DNA of 64,000 nucleotides from Spirochaetia bacterium (GCA_963677925.2 CAXXYH010000003.1:2016001-2080000), one strand, 5' to 3'; counted from the stretch's first letter, positions 38,590-48,034 are shown. The notes: generated by a model not told the origin, from the letters alone. A program made the numbers and translations.

Positions 38590-39738
38590 TCAGAGTCCGT
38601 TTTTCAGAATTCCTATAATATCGTCAGATGAAAGAGGCGCGGGTAGCTGGGTGATAAAGTCAAAACTCTTAACAGTCTCTGCTATATTCCCAAGATCATC
38701 CATTGTTACACCGAATTCACTGAAGCGCATCGGTACACGCCTGAGCCCCACCCTGTGACGGATAGTATCAATAACACGCTGAGCTGCATCCACAACAGTC
38801 AGACCCTCTGTAGGTTCATTCAGAATCGGAGCAAGGCGTGCCACCTTTTCAGGATAAACCTGCAGCCCGTATTCAAGAATATGAGGGAGAAGCACTGCCG
38901 AAACAAGTGCCCTTGGTATTCTGAAACGGCTGGAAATAATCATTGACAGAGCCGCCCCGAGTCCCGGTCCGGCCATGGATAACCCCATGGAAGTAACCAG
39001 TCCGGCCTTGGCTGCCTTTTCAAAGGCTTCCTTGTCCGCAGAATTCTCATCAAGCCGCTTCTCGGAGGAAACAACGGCCGATACAGCCTTTAGAAAAAGG
39101 CTTTCTGAAAGAAAATTGCTTTTAACTGACATGTAGCCTTCTATTGCATACATCAGAGTGTCGAGAATAGTAAAAATAAATGTTGCAGGCGGCATTGTTT
39201 CCGCATTTGTCGGATCAATGAATACAGCGTGCGGGAGCACCCCGTTTGTATCTACTATCATGCACCGCCTGTTCCGGCTGTCGGTAAGCATGATGGAATC
39301 TTTGAACATGAAAGGATCCCTGCATGTTGAGGGGATGCCTATAAAAGGGAGTGCCGGGACGCCGGCCCTGGTGCCGTCAAGGTAATCATCTATTCTTATT
39401 TTTGCCGGGGTGAGTATGGCAGCAGCCCTTGCAATCGACATAGTGCGGACTCCGCCAATACCGAGAACGGTCCTTGCCTTGCTGCTTGAAGCAAGCTTTA
39501 CTATGGAATCAACAACACTGCATGTTGAATCGGGACCGATTCCGCTGAACACGATGCTGTCGACACCACGCTCAGCAAGCATTTTTTCAATACGCTTATG
39601 AAGACCGGTTTCAATAACATCAGCACCCGTGACAATGAGCGTGCGTCCGCCCGCCTTTTCAACAGTGATACCGATTTTTCCGGTTACGCCTTCACCCATA
39701 TTGATATTTACCGGAACATTGAAATTAAGATGCTGCAT
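38590..39738 (-). CDS. Iron-containing alcohol dehydrogenase-fold protein, probably metal-free
   Basis: Overall Fe-ADH layout, but the GGGS motif and the three His ligands are replaced. Confidence 0.8.
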   Translation of the reverse strand: MQHLNFNVPVNINMGEGVTGKIGITVEKAGGRTLIVTGADVIETGLHKRIEKMLAERGVDSIVFSGIGPDSTCSVVDSIVKLASSSKARTVLGIGGVRTMSIARAAAILTPAKIRIDDYLDGTRAGVPALPFIGIPSTCRDPFMFKDSIMLTDSRNRRCMIVDTNGVLPHAVFIDPTNAETMPPATFIFTILDTLMYAIEGYMSVKSNFLSESLFLKAVSAVVSSEKRLDENSADKEAFEKAAKAGLVTSMGLSMAGPGLGAALSMIISSRFRIPRALVSAVLLPHILEYGLQVYPEKVARLAPILNEPTEGLTVVDAAQRVIDTIRHRVGLRRVPMRFSEFGVTMDDLGNIAETVKSFDFITQLPAPLSSDDIIGILKNGL

Positions 39739-39760
39739 GCACTCACTCCTTCAAAAAGTG

Positions 39761-39798
39761 AAAAAAAAAGCAGAAAGCGCAATGATACACTCTCTGCT
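39761..39798 (-). terminator. Rho-independent terminator after flgM
   Basis: GCAGAGAGTG..CGCTTTCTGC hairpin followed by a T9 run on the minus strand. Confidence 0.75.
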
Positions 39799-39819
39799 GT
39801 AAGTCTCTCAATTGTTTAA

Positions 39820-40104
39820 TCAGGACAGGCCGAAAGCATCCATAAGACGTTCAGCAACTTCTTCAACCTTGCTGTCGAGATAATTGGGATCCTGGAGCTT
39901 CTGCTTTACTTCATTTACTCTGTCCATTCTGATGTCCGGAGCAGCTTTTGCAAGCTCTGTTGCCCTGTAGATCTCGCCCATATTCTTTGCTTCAGAAGAA
40001 ACACTGATGGTATCCTTGGAATCAACCTGCTGAGGTTTTCCTGTTTTTCCTGACTTATTGAGTTTTGATAACGGATCTAATGGTCCCAGTCTATCTATTG
40101 TCAT
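39820..40104 (-). CDS. flgM: Anti-sigma-28 factor FlgM
   Basis: 94 aa; DTISVSSEA..PDIRMDRVNEVKQKLQDPNY..VAERL pattern; preceded by a consensus sigma-28 promoter. Confidence 0.88.
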   Translation of the reverse strand: MTIDRLGPLDPLSKLNKSGKTGKPQQVDSKDTISVSSEAKNMGEIYRATELAKAAPDIRMDRVNEVKQKLQDPNYLDSKVEEVAERLMDAFGLS

Positions 40105-40128
40105 TTCTGAACCTGCCTTCCGATATGA

Positions 40129-40155
40129 TTATCGGCAATTCTTAACTATATTTTA
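40129..40155 (-). promoter_or_regulatory. Sigma-28 (FliA) promoter of flgM
   Basis: Perfect TAAA-N15-GCCGATAA. Confidence 0.85.
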
Positions 40156-40845
40156 ACTCTTTTTCTTACCAGAAACAAGTACAGAAAATTCTCCTTTCTG
40201 GCTGCTCCGCTCTTCCAGTACTGAAAGAACCTCATTGACAGGACCTTCCAGGAATTCTTCATGAATTTTAGTCATTTCCCGGCCTACAAGAACCTTCCTG
40301 TCAGAAGATAAATCGGCAATATCTGTTAAAAGCTTGATAATTCTAAACGGAGATTCATAAATAATGAAGGCTTCCGATCTTTCAAGAAGTTCTGCAAGCC
40401 GTTTTCTCCGTCTCCCCGGTTTCGGTGATAAAAAACCCTCAAATGTAACCCCCTTGTCGGGAAAAGCTCCGACACTGGTAAGGGTGGCAAAGGCGGATGC
40501 CCCGGGGATGGGAACTACATCAAATCCGCAGTCCCGGACATGTCTTACAAGGATACTTCCCGGATCGCTTAAGCCCGGAGTGCCTGCATCAGAAGCATAT
40601 GCAACATCTCGGCCCTCTTCGAGGATTCCCGCTATTTTCTCTGCAGCCTTTGCCTCATTGGCGGCTCTGCAGCTAATCAGCTGCTTGCTTATGCCGTAGT
40701 TATTTAGCAGTTTAAGAGTGTGCCTGGTATCTTCACAGGCAATAACATCAACTTCCTTTAACGTATCAAGGGCTCTCAGTGTGATATCCTTGAGATTTCC
40801 TATAGGTGTGGCAATTATATATAAAGTTCCCGAACCGGTTTTCAA
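40153..40845 (-). CDS. rsmI: 16S rRNA (cytidine1402-2'-O)-methyltransferase
   Basis: LYIIATPIGNLKDIT, ACEDTR, SDAGTPGLSDPG, YESPFR and REMTKIHEE motifs. Confidence 0.95.
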   Translation of the reverse strand: MKTGSGTLYIIATPIGNLKDITLRALDTLKEVDVIACEDTRHTLKLLNNYGISKQLISCRAANEAKAAEKIAGILEEGRDVAYASDAGTPGLSDPGSILVRHVRDCGFDVVPIPGASAFATLTSVGAFPDKGVTFEGFLSPKPGRRRKRLAELLERSEAFIIYESPFRIIKLLTDIADLSSDRKVLVGREMTKIHEEFLEGPVNEVLSVLEERSSQKGEFSVLVSGKKKS

Positions 40846-40893
40846 TTTATCCCCTCGTATTTTTTTCTATGTTCACATCGCTTTAAACAATTG

Positions 40894-40921
40894 TCAACAG
40901 CAGACGATTCAATACCGATAA
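40894..40921 (+). promoter_or_regulatory. Putative sigma-28 promoter
   Basis: TCAA-N16-ACCGATAA, 7 nt before the ATG at 40929. Confidence 0.5.
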
Positions 40922-40928
40922 GTTAAGG

Positions 40929-41357
40929 ATGAATAACGACAACCTGATTACAATTGCTGTACTTCTTGTACTTTTTATTATTTTTCTACTGCTAATCTGG
41001 TTTCTGTCCAACCGAAAAAACACCTCAACTGTTGTGAAAAAAGCTGCAGATAACAGAACTGACGGAGAAAAGCGGGTAAAACCCTGCCCTCTCTGCGGAG
41101 AACTGCTGACTAAGTCTGAAAAAGTACATTCTGTTTTATATCCCGGGAAACCTGACAGCCTGATGGAAATATTCGGCTGTCCCCACTGCCGCTTTCCGGA
41201 TTCAGAAAAAAGCCGCACATGCCCCGTATGCCGAAAAAAAATGCCCTCAGACAGTTTTCTAATTGCACGGGTTTTCAACAAGCCGGGAAAAACTCATGTA
41301 CATGTACTGGGATGTACCGAATGCTATAAGGGCAGAACAAGAATTAACAATAATTAA
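40929..41357 (+). CDS. Membrane-anchored protein with four CxxC motifs (putative double zinc finger)
   Basis: N-terminal TM helix; CPLC, CPHC, CPVC, CTEC. Confidence 0.75.
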   Translation: MNNDNLITIAVLLVLFIIFLLLIWFLSNRKNTSTVVKKAADNRTDGEKRVKPCPLCGELLTKSEKVHSVLYPGKPDSLMEIFGCPHCRFPDSEKSRTCPVCRKKMPSDSFLIARVFNKPGKTHVHVLGCTECYKGRTRINNN

Positions 41358-41368
41358 CATTCAGCAGA

Positions 41369-41397
41369 TTGATTGATTAGTAAAAAAGTAATAATTT
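41369..41397 (+). promoter_or_regulatory. Putative sigma-70 promoter
   Basis: TTGATT-N17-TAATTT, 6 nt before the ATG at 41404. Confidence 0.45.
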
Positions 41398-41403
41398 ATC
41401 GGT

Positions 41404-43170
41404 ATGAAATTCCATAAAAATGAGAACCTCTTTACGAAACCGAAGTTCTCCTTGAAATATAAATTTACAATCAACTTTGTACTGTTCGGGCTGATTGTCG
41501 GGGTTGTTTCATTCTACTTCACTGTGGCACAGTCAACAAGACAACAGCTTGAGGAGGCCAGTACACAGCTGGCTTCAAAACTGGAGCTGTACTATTCTGA
41601 GTACGACCCCGAAGATGCCCGTGAGAAGCTTAGAGAGGATCTTGATGCGATCCTCGATTCTGAATTAGTTGAACTGCCCGCCCTTCACCACTTCAATCTT
41701 TACTTTAAAAGATATACGGAGACGCATTGGCAGATTCATACTATCTACGCAGCAGATAAGGCAGACCTCGCTGGAAATCCGGTTTCTGATCAATTCCTGA
41801 ACAGAGTCCTCACTTCCGGAATGAAAATAACAGGTTTTCAGTTTTTTAAGAAAATAGATTCGGTAACCGCCTATATCAGCGCATCGGAAACAGAGCTTGA
41901 TGCAGTATTTGCCATAACGATAAAGAAAAAAGGAATACTTCATTACCTTTCAGAAAAACGCTACGATATGGTGATCTTTGGACTGAGCTTACTGATTTTT
42001 TCATACATCCTCGGTATAATTTTTTCCAGAAGAATTACAAAACCTATCTATACCCTTGCCCAGAAGGCTCTTGATTTTCATGAGGGAAACAATCGTATAA
42101 GTGTGGAATTATCAAGAAAAGATGAGATAGGCGTATTGTCCCGGATTCTGGATGAAACCTACAGGGAATCATCATCCCGCCTTCATGCCTTGGAGCTTAT
42201 GAACAGTATCGACAAAGCAGTACTCGGGGCGGTAACCATAGATGAGCTGATTCAGAGAGTTACTGAAATAATTTCAGAATTTATCCCTGGAAGCCGGGTC
42301 GCAATAGCAGTTTATGATGATGAGGATACGACATATCGGATAAAATCTGCGGCGGGTCACAGTGAAGTCAGCAGATCAGGACTGAGGTCTCCTGATACAG
42401 AAAATATTTTCGGTACAGAAGATCCCTACCGGATTCCGCTGTACATGCAGGGGAAATATTATGGCTCGCTTCTTGTTACCGGAAAAGAAGAGACGGGTTT
42501 ATCTGATGAAGAAAAGCTGACTTTAAAAAAACTGGGTGATCAGGCTGCTGTTGCGCTTCAGAGAGTTATAGAAATTGAAGAAAGAAACCAGATGCAGATG
42601 GGATCGATAATGGCGCTTTCCCGGGCAATTGATGCAAAATCAAAATGGACTGCAGGACACAGCGAAAGAGTCGCAAAATTAAGCGAGCAGCTGGCGAAAA
42701 AGCTTAATTTCGATGAATCAATGCTTGAGCGGCTGATTATCTCAGCACTGCTGCATGACATAGGAAAGATCGGAGTTCCCGAGGAGATACTGGATAAACC
42801 TTCAAAACTTGATGCTGATGAGTTCCGACAGATAAAAAAACATTCAGAGATCGGATACAGCATTACCGGAAGCATTCCCCATTTTTCAGACATTTGCGAG
42901 GGAGTAAAATATCATCATGAAAGATGGAACGGCAGCGGTTATCCAGATGGTCTTAAAAACATAAATATTCCCGTTTTTGCACGAATTATAGCACTGGCAG
43001 ATGTATTTGATGCGCTTACCTCCGAACGTCCGTACCGCAGCAACATGACTATGGAAGAAGCGCTTGTTTTTATTCAGGAACGCAGGGGAAAAGATTTTGA
43101 TCCGATGCTAAGTGATAAATTCATCCAAATGATTAAAAACACATTTGCAATATCCGCCGCTCAGCAGTAA
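41404..43170 (+). CDS. Membrane HAMP-GAF-HD-GYP phosphodiesterase
   Basis: Two TM helices, HAMP, truncated GAF, LHDIGK, HHERWNGSGYP, ERPYR. Confidence 0.9.
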   Translation: MKFHKNENLFTKPKFSLKYKFTINFVLFGLIVGVVSFYFTVAQSTRQQLEEASTQLASKLELYYSEYDPEDAREKLREDLDAILDSELVELPALHHFNLYFKRYTETHWQIHTIYAADKADLAGNPVSDQFLNRVLTSGMKITGFQFFKKIDSVTAYISASETELDAVFAITIKKKGILHYLSEKRYDMVIFGLSLLIFSYILGIIFSRRITKPIYTLAQKALDFHEGNNRISVELSRKDEIGVLSRILDETYRESSSRLHALELMNSIDKAVLGAVTIDELIQRVTEIISEFIPGSRVAIAVYDDEDTTYRIKSAAGHSEVSRSGLRSPDTENIFGTEDPYRIPLYMQGKYYGSLLVTGKEETGLSDEEKLTLKKLGDQAAVALQRVIEIEERNQMQMGSIMALSRAIDAKSKWTAGHSERVAKLSEQLAKKLNFDESMLERLIISALLHDIGKIGVPEEILDKPSKLDADEFRQIKKHSEIGYSITGSIPHFSDICEGVKYHHERWNGSGYPDGLKNINIPVFARIIALADVFDALTSERPYRSNMTMEEALVFIQERRGKDFDPMLSDKFIQMIKNTFAISAAQQ

Positions 43171-43179
43171 CATATAAAT

Positions 43180-44265
43180 ATGGTTACAAACGAAATGATA
43201 AAAAAGCTTCCGAAGGTGGAGCTTCATCACCACCTTGACGGCGGTGTCCGGCCGGCGACAATCATCGATCTGGCTGAAAAACAGAATATTGAAATCCCGT
43301 CTCATGATACAAACGAACTTGCAGACTGGTTTCACCGCGGAGCAGACCGTAAAAGCCTGGCTCTATACCTTGAAGGTTTTGCAGTCAGCTGCTCAGTAAT
43401 GCAGACTAAAGAAGCCCTGATAAGGATTGCCCGTGAAACAATAGAGGATTTAGCCTCAATAAACGTTAAGTATGCAGAGATCAGATTCGCTCCCATTCTT
43501 CATACTGAAACGGGACTAAACCTGGAAGAGATAGTAGAATCAGTTCTAATCGGGCTTGAGGAAGGAAAGCAGTCAACGGGTACGGCATACGGACTGATAA
43601 TCTGCGCAATGAGACATCAGCCCTCCCCGGTATCGCTTGAAATGGCGGAGCTTGCAGTTGCATACAGAAACAGGGGTGTTGTAGGATTTGATATTGCCGG
43701 GGATGAGTTCGGCCATCCGCCGAAAAGACACCTTGATGCCTTTCAGTATATCCGCAACAAGAACTTCAATATAACAATTCATGCCGGTGAGGCGTTCGGA
43801 ATAGAATCAATCTGGCAGGCTCTGCAGATATGCGGTGCCCACAGAATAGGCCATGCAACAAAACTTCTTGAAGATATGGTAGTCCATGGAACAAGAATAG
43901 AAAAACTCGGTTCAATTGCCGATTTTGTAAGAGATAAGCGAATCCCGCTTGAAATGTGCCTGTCTTCAAACATCCAGACCGGTGCAGCACCCTCTCTTGA
44001 CGAGCACCCATTTCATGTTTATTACCGGAATAACTTCAGAGTAACTCTCTGTACAGACAATCCGCTGATGAGCAACACCGATCTGGTAAAAGAGTTCTCA
44101 CTTGCCTCGGAGTACTACAATCTAACGATACGTGATTTTGAGCGAATTACTCTTAACGCAATGAAGTCGGCTTTTGCACATTATGATGATCGTCTTAAAG
44201 TTATCTATGATGTGCTTAAACCCGGGTATGCAAAAATAAGGCAGGAAACGGACCCGACAGAGTAG
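43180..44265 (+). CDS. add: Adenosine deaminase
   Basis: LPKVELHHHLDG, GFDIAGDE, TIHAGE, RIGH, EMCLSSN and CTDN motifs. Confidence 0.92.
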   Translation: MVTNEMIKKLPKVELHHHLDGGVRPATIIDLAEKQNIEIPSHDTNELADWFHRGADRKSLALYLEGFAVSCSVMQTKEALIRIARETIEDLASINVKYAEIRFAPILHTETGLNLEEIVESVLIGLEEGKQSTGTAYGLIICAMRHQPSPVSLEMAELAVAYRNRGVVGFDIAGDEFGHPPKRHLDAFQYIRNKNFNITIHAGEAFGIESIWQALQICGAHRIGHATKLLEDMVVHGTRIEKLGSIADFVRDKRIPLEMCLSSNIQTGAAPSLDEHPFHVYYRNNFRVTLCTDNPLMSNTDLVKEFSLASEYYNLTIRDFERITLNAMKSAFAHYDDRLKVIYDVLKPGYAKIRQETDPTE

Positions 44266-44360
44266 ACAGGAGATGACGATTTAGAAATCACAGAATCGCT
44301 GTCATATGAAATACCGTTTTCACTTGATAATCTGAAAAGTACAGGGATGTGCTTTTTAGA

Positions 44361-44885
44361 TTATTCAATATCAATAATTCCTGTAATACTCTTAAGAGAG
44401 TCTTTTTTAAGCTCCTTTACCATACACCATTGCGCAATATGTTCCTTATCGTTGATATGATAAATGCTGTATTGAAAAGTAGGCCTGAATCCCAGTCTTG
44501 AGTATATAGCCGGATCTCCGCATAGAAAAACAGCCGTAAACCCTTTTTTCAGAGCTTTCCCGCAGGCTGTTTGTATTAATGCACCGGCAATTCCTCTCCT
44601 GAAATATTCTGGATCAACGCAGAGAGGAGACAGAACCAATTCTTTAACCGAGCCATTAATTCCGTAAACTGACATTTCATATAGAACAATCTGTCCGACT
44701 ATTTTCCCGTTACCGTTTTCAGCAACCAAGGAAAGATCAGGAAAAAAAGTATCTCTCTTCCGTATTTCATTCAAATAGTCAGCCTCAGTTCCGTCACTGA
44801 AAGAAGTTGTAGCAAATGATTTTTTTACTAATGTATAGACTTCAGCATAATCACACTGTTTTTCCTGTCTAATATTTATACTCAT
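44361..44885 (-). CDS. GNAT N-acetyltransferase (YhbS-like)
   Basis: LSPLCVDPEYFRRGIAGALI acetyl-CoA motif and GDPAIYSRLGF. Confidence 0.88.
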   Translation of the reverse strand: MSINIRQEKQCDYAEVYTLVKKSFATTSFSDGTEADYLNEIRKRDTFFPDLSLVAENGNGKIVGQIVLYEMSVYGINGSVKELVLSPLCVDPEYFRRGIAGALIQTACGKALKKGFTAVFLCGDPAIYSRLGFRPTFQYSIYHINDKEHIAQWCMVKELKKDSLKSITGIIDIE

Positions 44886-44903
44886 GAAGATTCATCTATC
44901 TCA

Positions 44904-44948
44904 AAAATATAAAAAATAAGAACCGGAGAGCATCAACGATGCCTCCGG
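44904..44948 (-). terminator. Terminator-like hairpin in the 5' leader of the GNAT gene
   Basis: CCGGAG-GCATC-gtt-GATGC-t-CTCCGG followed by TTCTTATTTTTT. Confidence 0.45.
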
Positions 44949-45076
44949 GAGCCTCACAACGGAATAATGGGTAGAAAAACTTTCCGGAGAAGCAATCAAT
45001 ATATTTTTTATCACAAAACCGCCAATTCAACAAGAATTACTTTGAAAACTGCCCATTCCTGCCGATAGAGATAGTA

Positions 45077-45523
45077 ATGTACCAGCAATTCAGGACGGAA
45101 GGGTCAGCAGCGGTAGCCTCACAAACAGATATCTGTGCTCAGACTATTGATGAACTTCGGGAGCTGTTTCTCGGGCATTTTGACAACTACTGGTTTACAT
45201 CCCTTCTTGAAAAAAATGCTTTCAACCCCTATCGTCTGCGCTATGTCCATGACATGATTGGTATTCAGTCTGTTTACAACACCGAAAAAGAAGTCTTTCA
45301 GGACGGAATTGAAGCGCTTGAAGAGATTATTACTACATCAAAAAGGTATCTTCTTCCTGTAATACGCGATGAACTTAAGATATCCGGATTCTACCGTTCA
45401 AACGGAGGCCCTGGAAGCAGTAACGACAGACTGATGAGGGAACTGTTTTCCTGTACATTCTCACACAACCTTGAACGCCTCGAAGAACTCACAAGGGAAC
45501 TCAAAGAAATAATCAATGAATAA
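45077..45523 (+). CDS. Hypothetical protein
   Basis: 148-aa ORF overlapping the next gene by 8 nt; no motif recognised. Confidence 0.7.
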   Translation: MYQQFRTEGSAAVASQTDICAQTIDELRELFLGHFDNYWFTSLLEKNAFNPYRLRYVHDMIGIQSVYNTEKEVFQDGIEALEEIITTSKRYLLPVIRDELKISGFYRSNGGPGSSNDRLMRELFSCTFSHNLERLEELTRELKEIINE

Positions 45524-46247
45524 AAGCAAACTTATGATAGAAGCCTCAAGAAAGCTCAGCCGTGATGCCGGAGATCTGGGCTTCGCAGGAGATGTATACT
45601 GCTCCTATAACCCGCTCGAGTATGCCGCTGTACCGCATGAAAAATACCTGAGTCTATACGCTGGCAACCGGAAGAGGGTTATATTTGTGGGTATGAATCC
45701 GGGCCCATGGGGAATGGCCCAGACGGGAATTCCATTCGGCGAGATTGAAGCTGCACGTGACTGGCTGAGGCTTGAATCAGAGGTGAAAAAACCTGCTGTT
45801 GAACACCCTAAACGTCCGGTCGAAGGCTTTGACTGCGCCAAAAGCGAGGTAAGCGGCCGCCGGCTCTGGGGGCTCATGAAGAACCGCTTCGGAACACCTG
45901 AGAATTTTTTTGAAGATCATTATGTTGAAAACTACTGCCCCCTGAGCTTTATGGCTGAGAGCAGCAGAAATATTACTCCGGATAAACTTCCAGCGAATGA
46001 ACGCAACAGCCTTTTTGAAGTCTGTGACGAACATCTTAGAACCATCTGCGGAATCCTTGAACCTGAATGGGTAATCGGTGTAGGCAAATTCGCTGAAAAA
46101 AGGATAATGGCGGCCCTGAAAGACGGAATAGCTGAGGGCCTCTACAGACACGCCTCAATCCTGCATCCAAGTCCTGCCAGCCCGGCAGCAAACAGGGGCT
46201 GGGATGACGTTGTAATCAGGCAGATGCAGGAACTCGGTCTATGGTAA
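45516..46247 (+). CDS. SMUG1-type (family 3) uracil-DNA glycosylase
   Basis: GMNPGPWGMAQTGIPFG, SEVSGRRLWG, NYCPL and LHPSPASP motifs. Confidence 0.92.
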   Translation: MNKSKLMIEASRKLSRDAGDLGFAGDVYCSYNPLEYAAVPHEKYLSLYAGNRKRVIFVGMNPGPWGMAQTGIPFGEIEAARDWLRLESEVKKPAVEHPKRPVEGFDCAKSEVSGRRLWGLMKNRFGTPENFFEDHYVENYCPLSFMAESSRNITPDKLPANERNSLFEVCDEHLRTICGILEPEWVIGVGKFAEKRIMAALKDGIAEGLYRHASILHPSPASPAANRGWDDVVIRQMQELGLW

Positions 46248-47282
46248 AAACATACTAAGCATATCAGAAACTGCATCAAGCGCCGCGGAACTCTGAAAAG
46301 ATTTTTCAATTAATCCCTTCGTTCCCCTGATCATCTCAAAAGCCCGGTTTCTTGCCCTTTCAATACTGCCTGATGACTCTATAAGCGCAATAGCTTCTTC
46401 AATTGCCTCCCTGCCGTCTTCAGCGCCAAGCTGCGCGGCCTTATCAAACAGAGAAACAAGCTGGGGCAGTGAATCGGGATAGGCCATCGCATGAAGGATG
46501 ACAGGAAGGCTCTTCTTACCTTCTACAATGTCATCGCCCCGATCTTTTCCGGGGTTGCCGGTTGTAAGATTTGTAACATCATCGATAATCTGGAAGGCGA
46601 CACCGGCATCTTCAAATACATCGCCCAGAGTCACACAGGTATTGGGGTCGGTTCCGCCCACGGCAAAGCCGATCTGGGCAGCCATCCTGGAAAGTGCGCC
46701 GGTTTTAAATCGGCACATCTGAAGATATTCTTCGACACTCGGAAAGTATTCATGGTTGTTATGCCACTGAATATCCAGCCCCTGGCCGAAGTGAAGCCTT
46801 CTTAGGTTAAGAGTATAGTAGCGGTACAGCCTCAGCTTCATTTCATCATCCAGATCGCTCTCATCAATCAGGTAGGTCGGAAGAAAATAAAGAAGGTTGC
46901 CTGTGTTTATAGACATGTCCTCACCGTAAATCTTATGTACGGCAGGCTCGCCTCTGCGCATATCCGACTTGTCTTCGATATCATCGATGATAAGAGAGCC
47001 GTTGTGAGGAAACTCTACGAGGGGACAGAGCGGCATTATGCTCTCGGCATCACCGCCGGCAAGTTCGCAGCAGAGAACCATCAGAACAGGCCTCCAGCGT
47101 TTGCCCCCGCGGCCGAGCAGTTCAAGTGCAGGTTCATTAATTTTATCTACAGAAGTTTCAGTTATCTTATTTCTAACCGGTCCAGCAGTCCGTGATAACC
47201 AGCCCTTATCTGTCACAGCAGGAACAGATCGGGAGATCACCCCTTCTACCTTCTCCAGTAATTCCATATAATGTTTATCCAT
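46239..47282 (-). CDS. Polyprenyl diphosphate synthase (GGPP synthase-like)
   Basis: GGKRWRP, SLIIDDIED..RRG, GQGLD, KTG and FQIIDD motifs; ATG 47282 preferred over 47300. Confidence 0.9.
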   Translation of the reverse strand: MDKHYMELLEKVEGVISRSVPAVTDKGWLSRTAGPVRNKITETSVDKINEPALELLGRGGKRWRPVLMVLCCELAGGDAESIMPLCPLVEFPHNGSLIIDDIEDKSDMRRGEPAVHKIYGEDMSINTGNLLYFLPTYLIDESDLDDEMKLRLYRYYTLNLRRLHFGQGLDIQWHNNHEYFPSVEEYLQMCRFKTGALSRMAAQIGFAVGGTDPNTCVTLGDVFEDAGVAFQIIDDVTNLTTGNPGKDRGDDIVEGKKSLPVILHAMAYPDSLPQLVSLFDKAAQLGAEDGREAIEEAIALIESSGSIERARNRAFEMIRGTKGLIEKSFQSSAALDAVSDMLSMFLP

Positions 47283-47319
47283 ATATACTAGAAAGCACAA
47301 ACATGGGAGTTACGTCAAT

Positions 47320-47928
47320 ATGTCAAAGCAGAAAGGCGGAAAAAGAAGTGAAGCCGATCATTACACGATCAGGGCAAAGAAGGACGGATACCCCGCACGG
47401 TCAATTTTCAAGCTCGAAGAACTGAACCAGAAGTTCGGAATCTTCAGAAAAAACAGCCGTATTCTCGATGTTGGTGCTGCTCCGGGAAGCTGGAGCCTTT
47501 ACTGCCTGCGTAAAACCGGACCTGATTCAATAGTTGCTGCGGTGGACTTAAAAGAACTGACAATTAAACCGGATAAGAGGCTTTTTTTCTGGCAGGGAGA
47601 CTTTTTTGATGAAAAAATTCAGGCTGAAATCGGCGAAAAAGGCCCCTATGACGCGGTGATTAGCGATGCAGCCCCGTCAACAACCGGGAACCGGACAGTT
47701 GATGCAGGCCGTTCATACAGCCTTGCCGAGGGGATAATCGGGATGATCCCGGTATTTCTGAGCGAAGGCGGCAATTTTACAATAAAAATATTCCAGGGCG
47801 GCGATGAAAAAGCACTGGCAGAAATGCTGTCCCCGGACTTTGAAACGGTAAAAATATTCAAACCAAAGGCCTGCAGAAAGGAATCTTTTGAGACATATCT
47901 CACCGGCCTCAACTACCATAAAGCCTGA
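47320..47928 (+). CDS. rlmE: 23S rRNA (uridine2552-2'-O)-methyltransferase
   Basis: GYPARSIFKL, DVGAAPGSW, SDAAP and KPKACRKESFE motifs. Confidence 0.92.
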   Translation: MSKQKGGKRSEADHYTIRAKKDGYPARSIFKLEELNQKFGIFRKNSRILDVGAAPGSWSLYCLRKTGPDSIVAAVDLKELTIKPDKRLFFWQGDFFDEKIQAEIGEKGPYDAVISDAAPSTTGNRTVDAGRSYSLAEGIIGMIPVFLSEGGNFTIKIFQGGDEKALAEMLSPDFETVKIFKPKACRKESFETYLTGLNYHKA

Positions 47929-47973
47929 AAGCAGAAATTCCGACATTTTCTCATCTCTTTAAAATTTTCAGTA

Positions 47974-48001
47974 TCAATATTATAAATGTTGAAGCCGAAA
48001 T
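47974..48001 (+). promoter_or_regulatory. Putative sigma-28 promoter
   Basis: TCAA-N16-GCCGAAAT upstream of the TPR gene. Confidence 0.4.
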
Positions 48002-48034
48002 TAAACCGAGGGGTCAATCTTTGGAGAGGTTTCA

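Noticed and set aside
44266-44900. GNAT gene as an integron cassette
   Set aside because: No attC-like RYYYAAC..GTTRRRY structure and no integrase.
44950-45010. Purine riboswitch (GTTTTTCTACC resembles the J2/3 motif; adenosine deaminase nearby)
   Set aside because: The P2/P3 stems and conserved loop sequences could not be formed.
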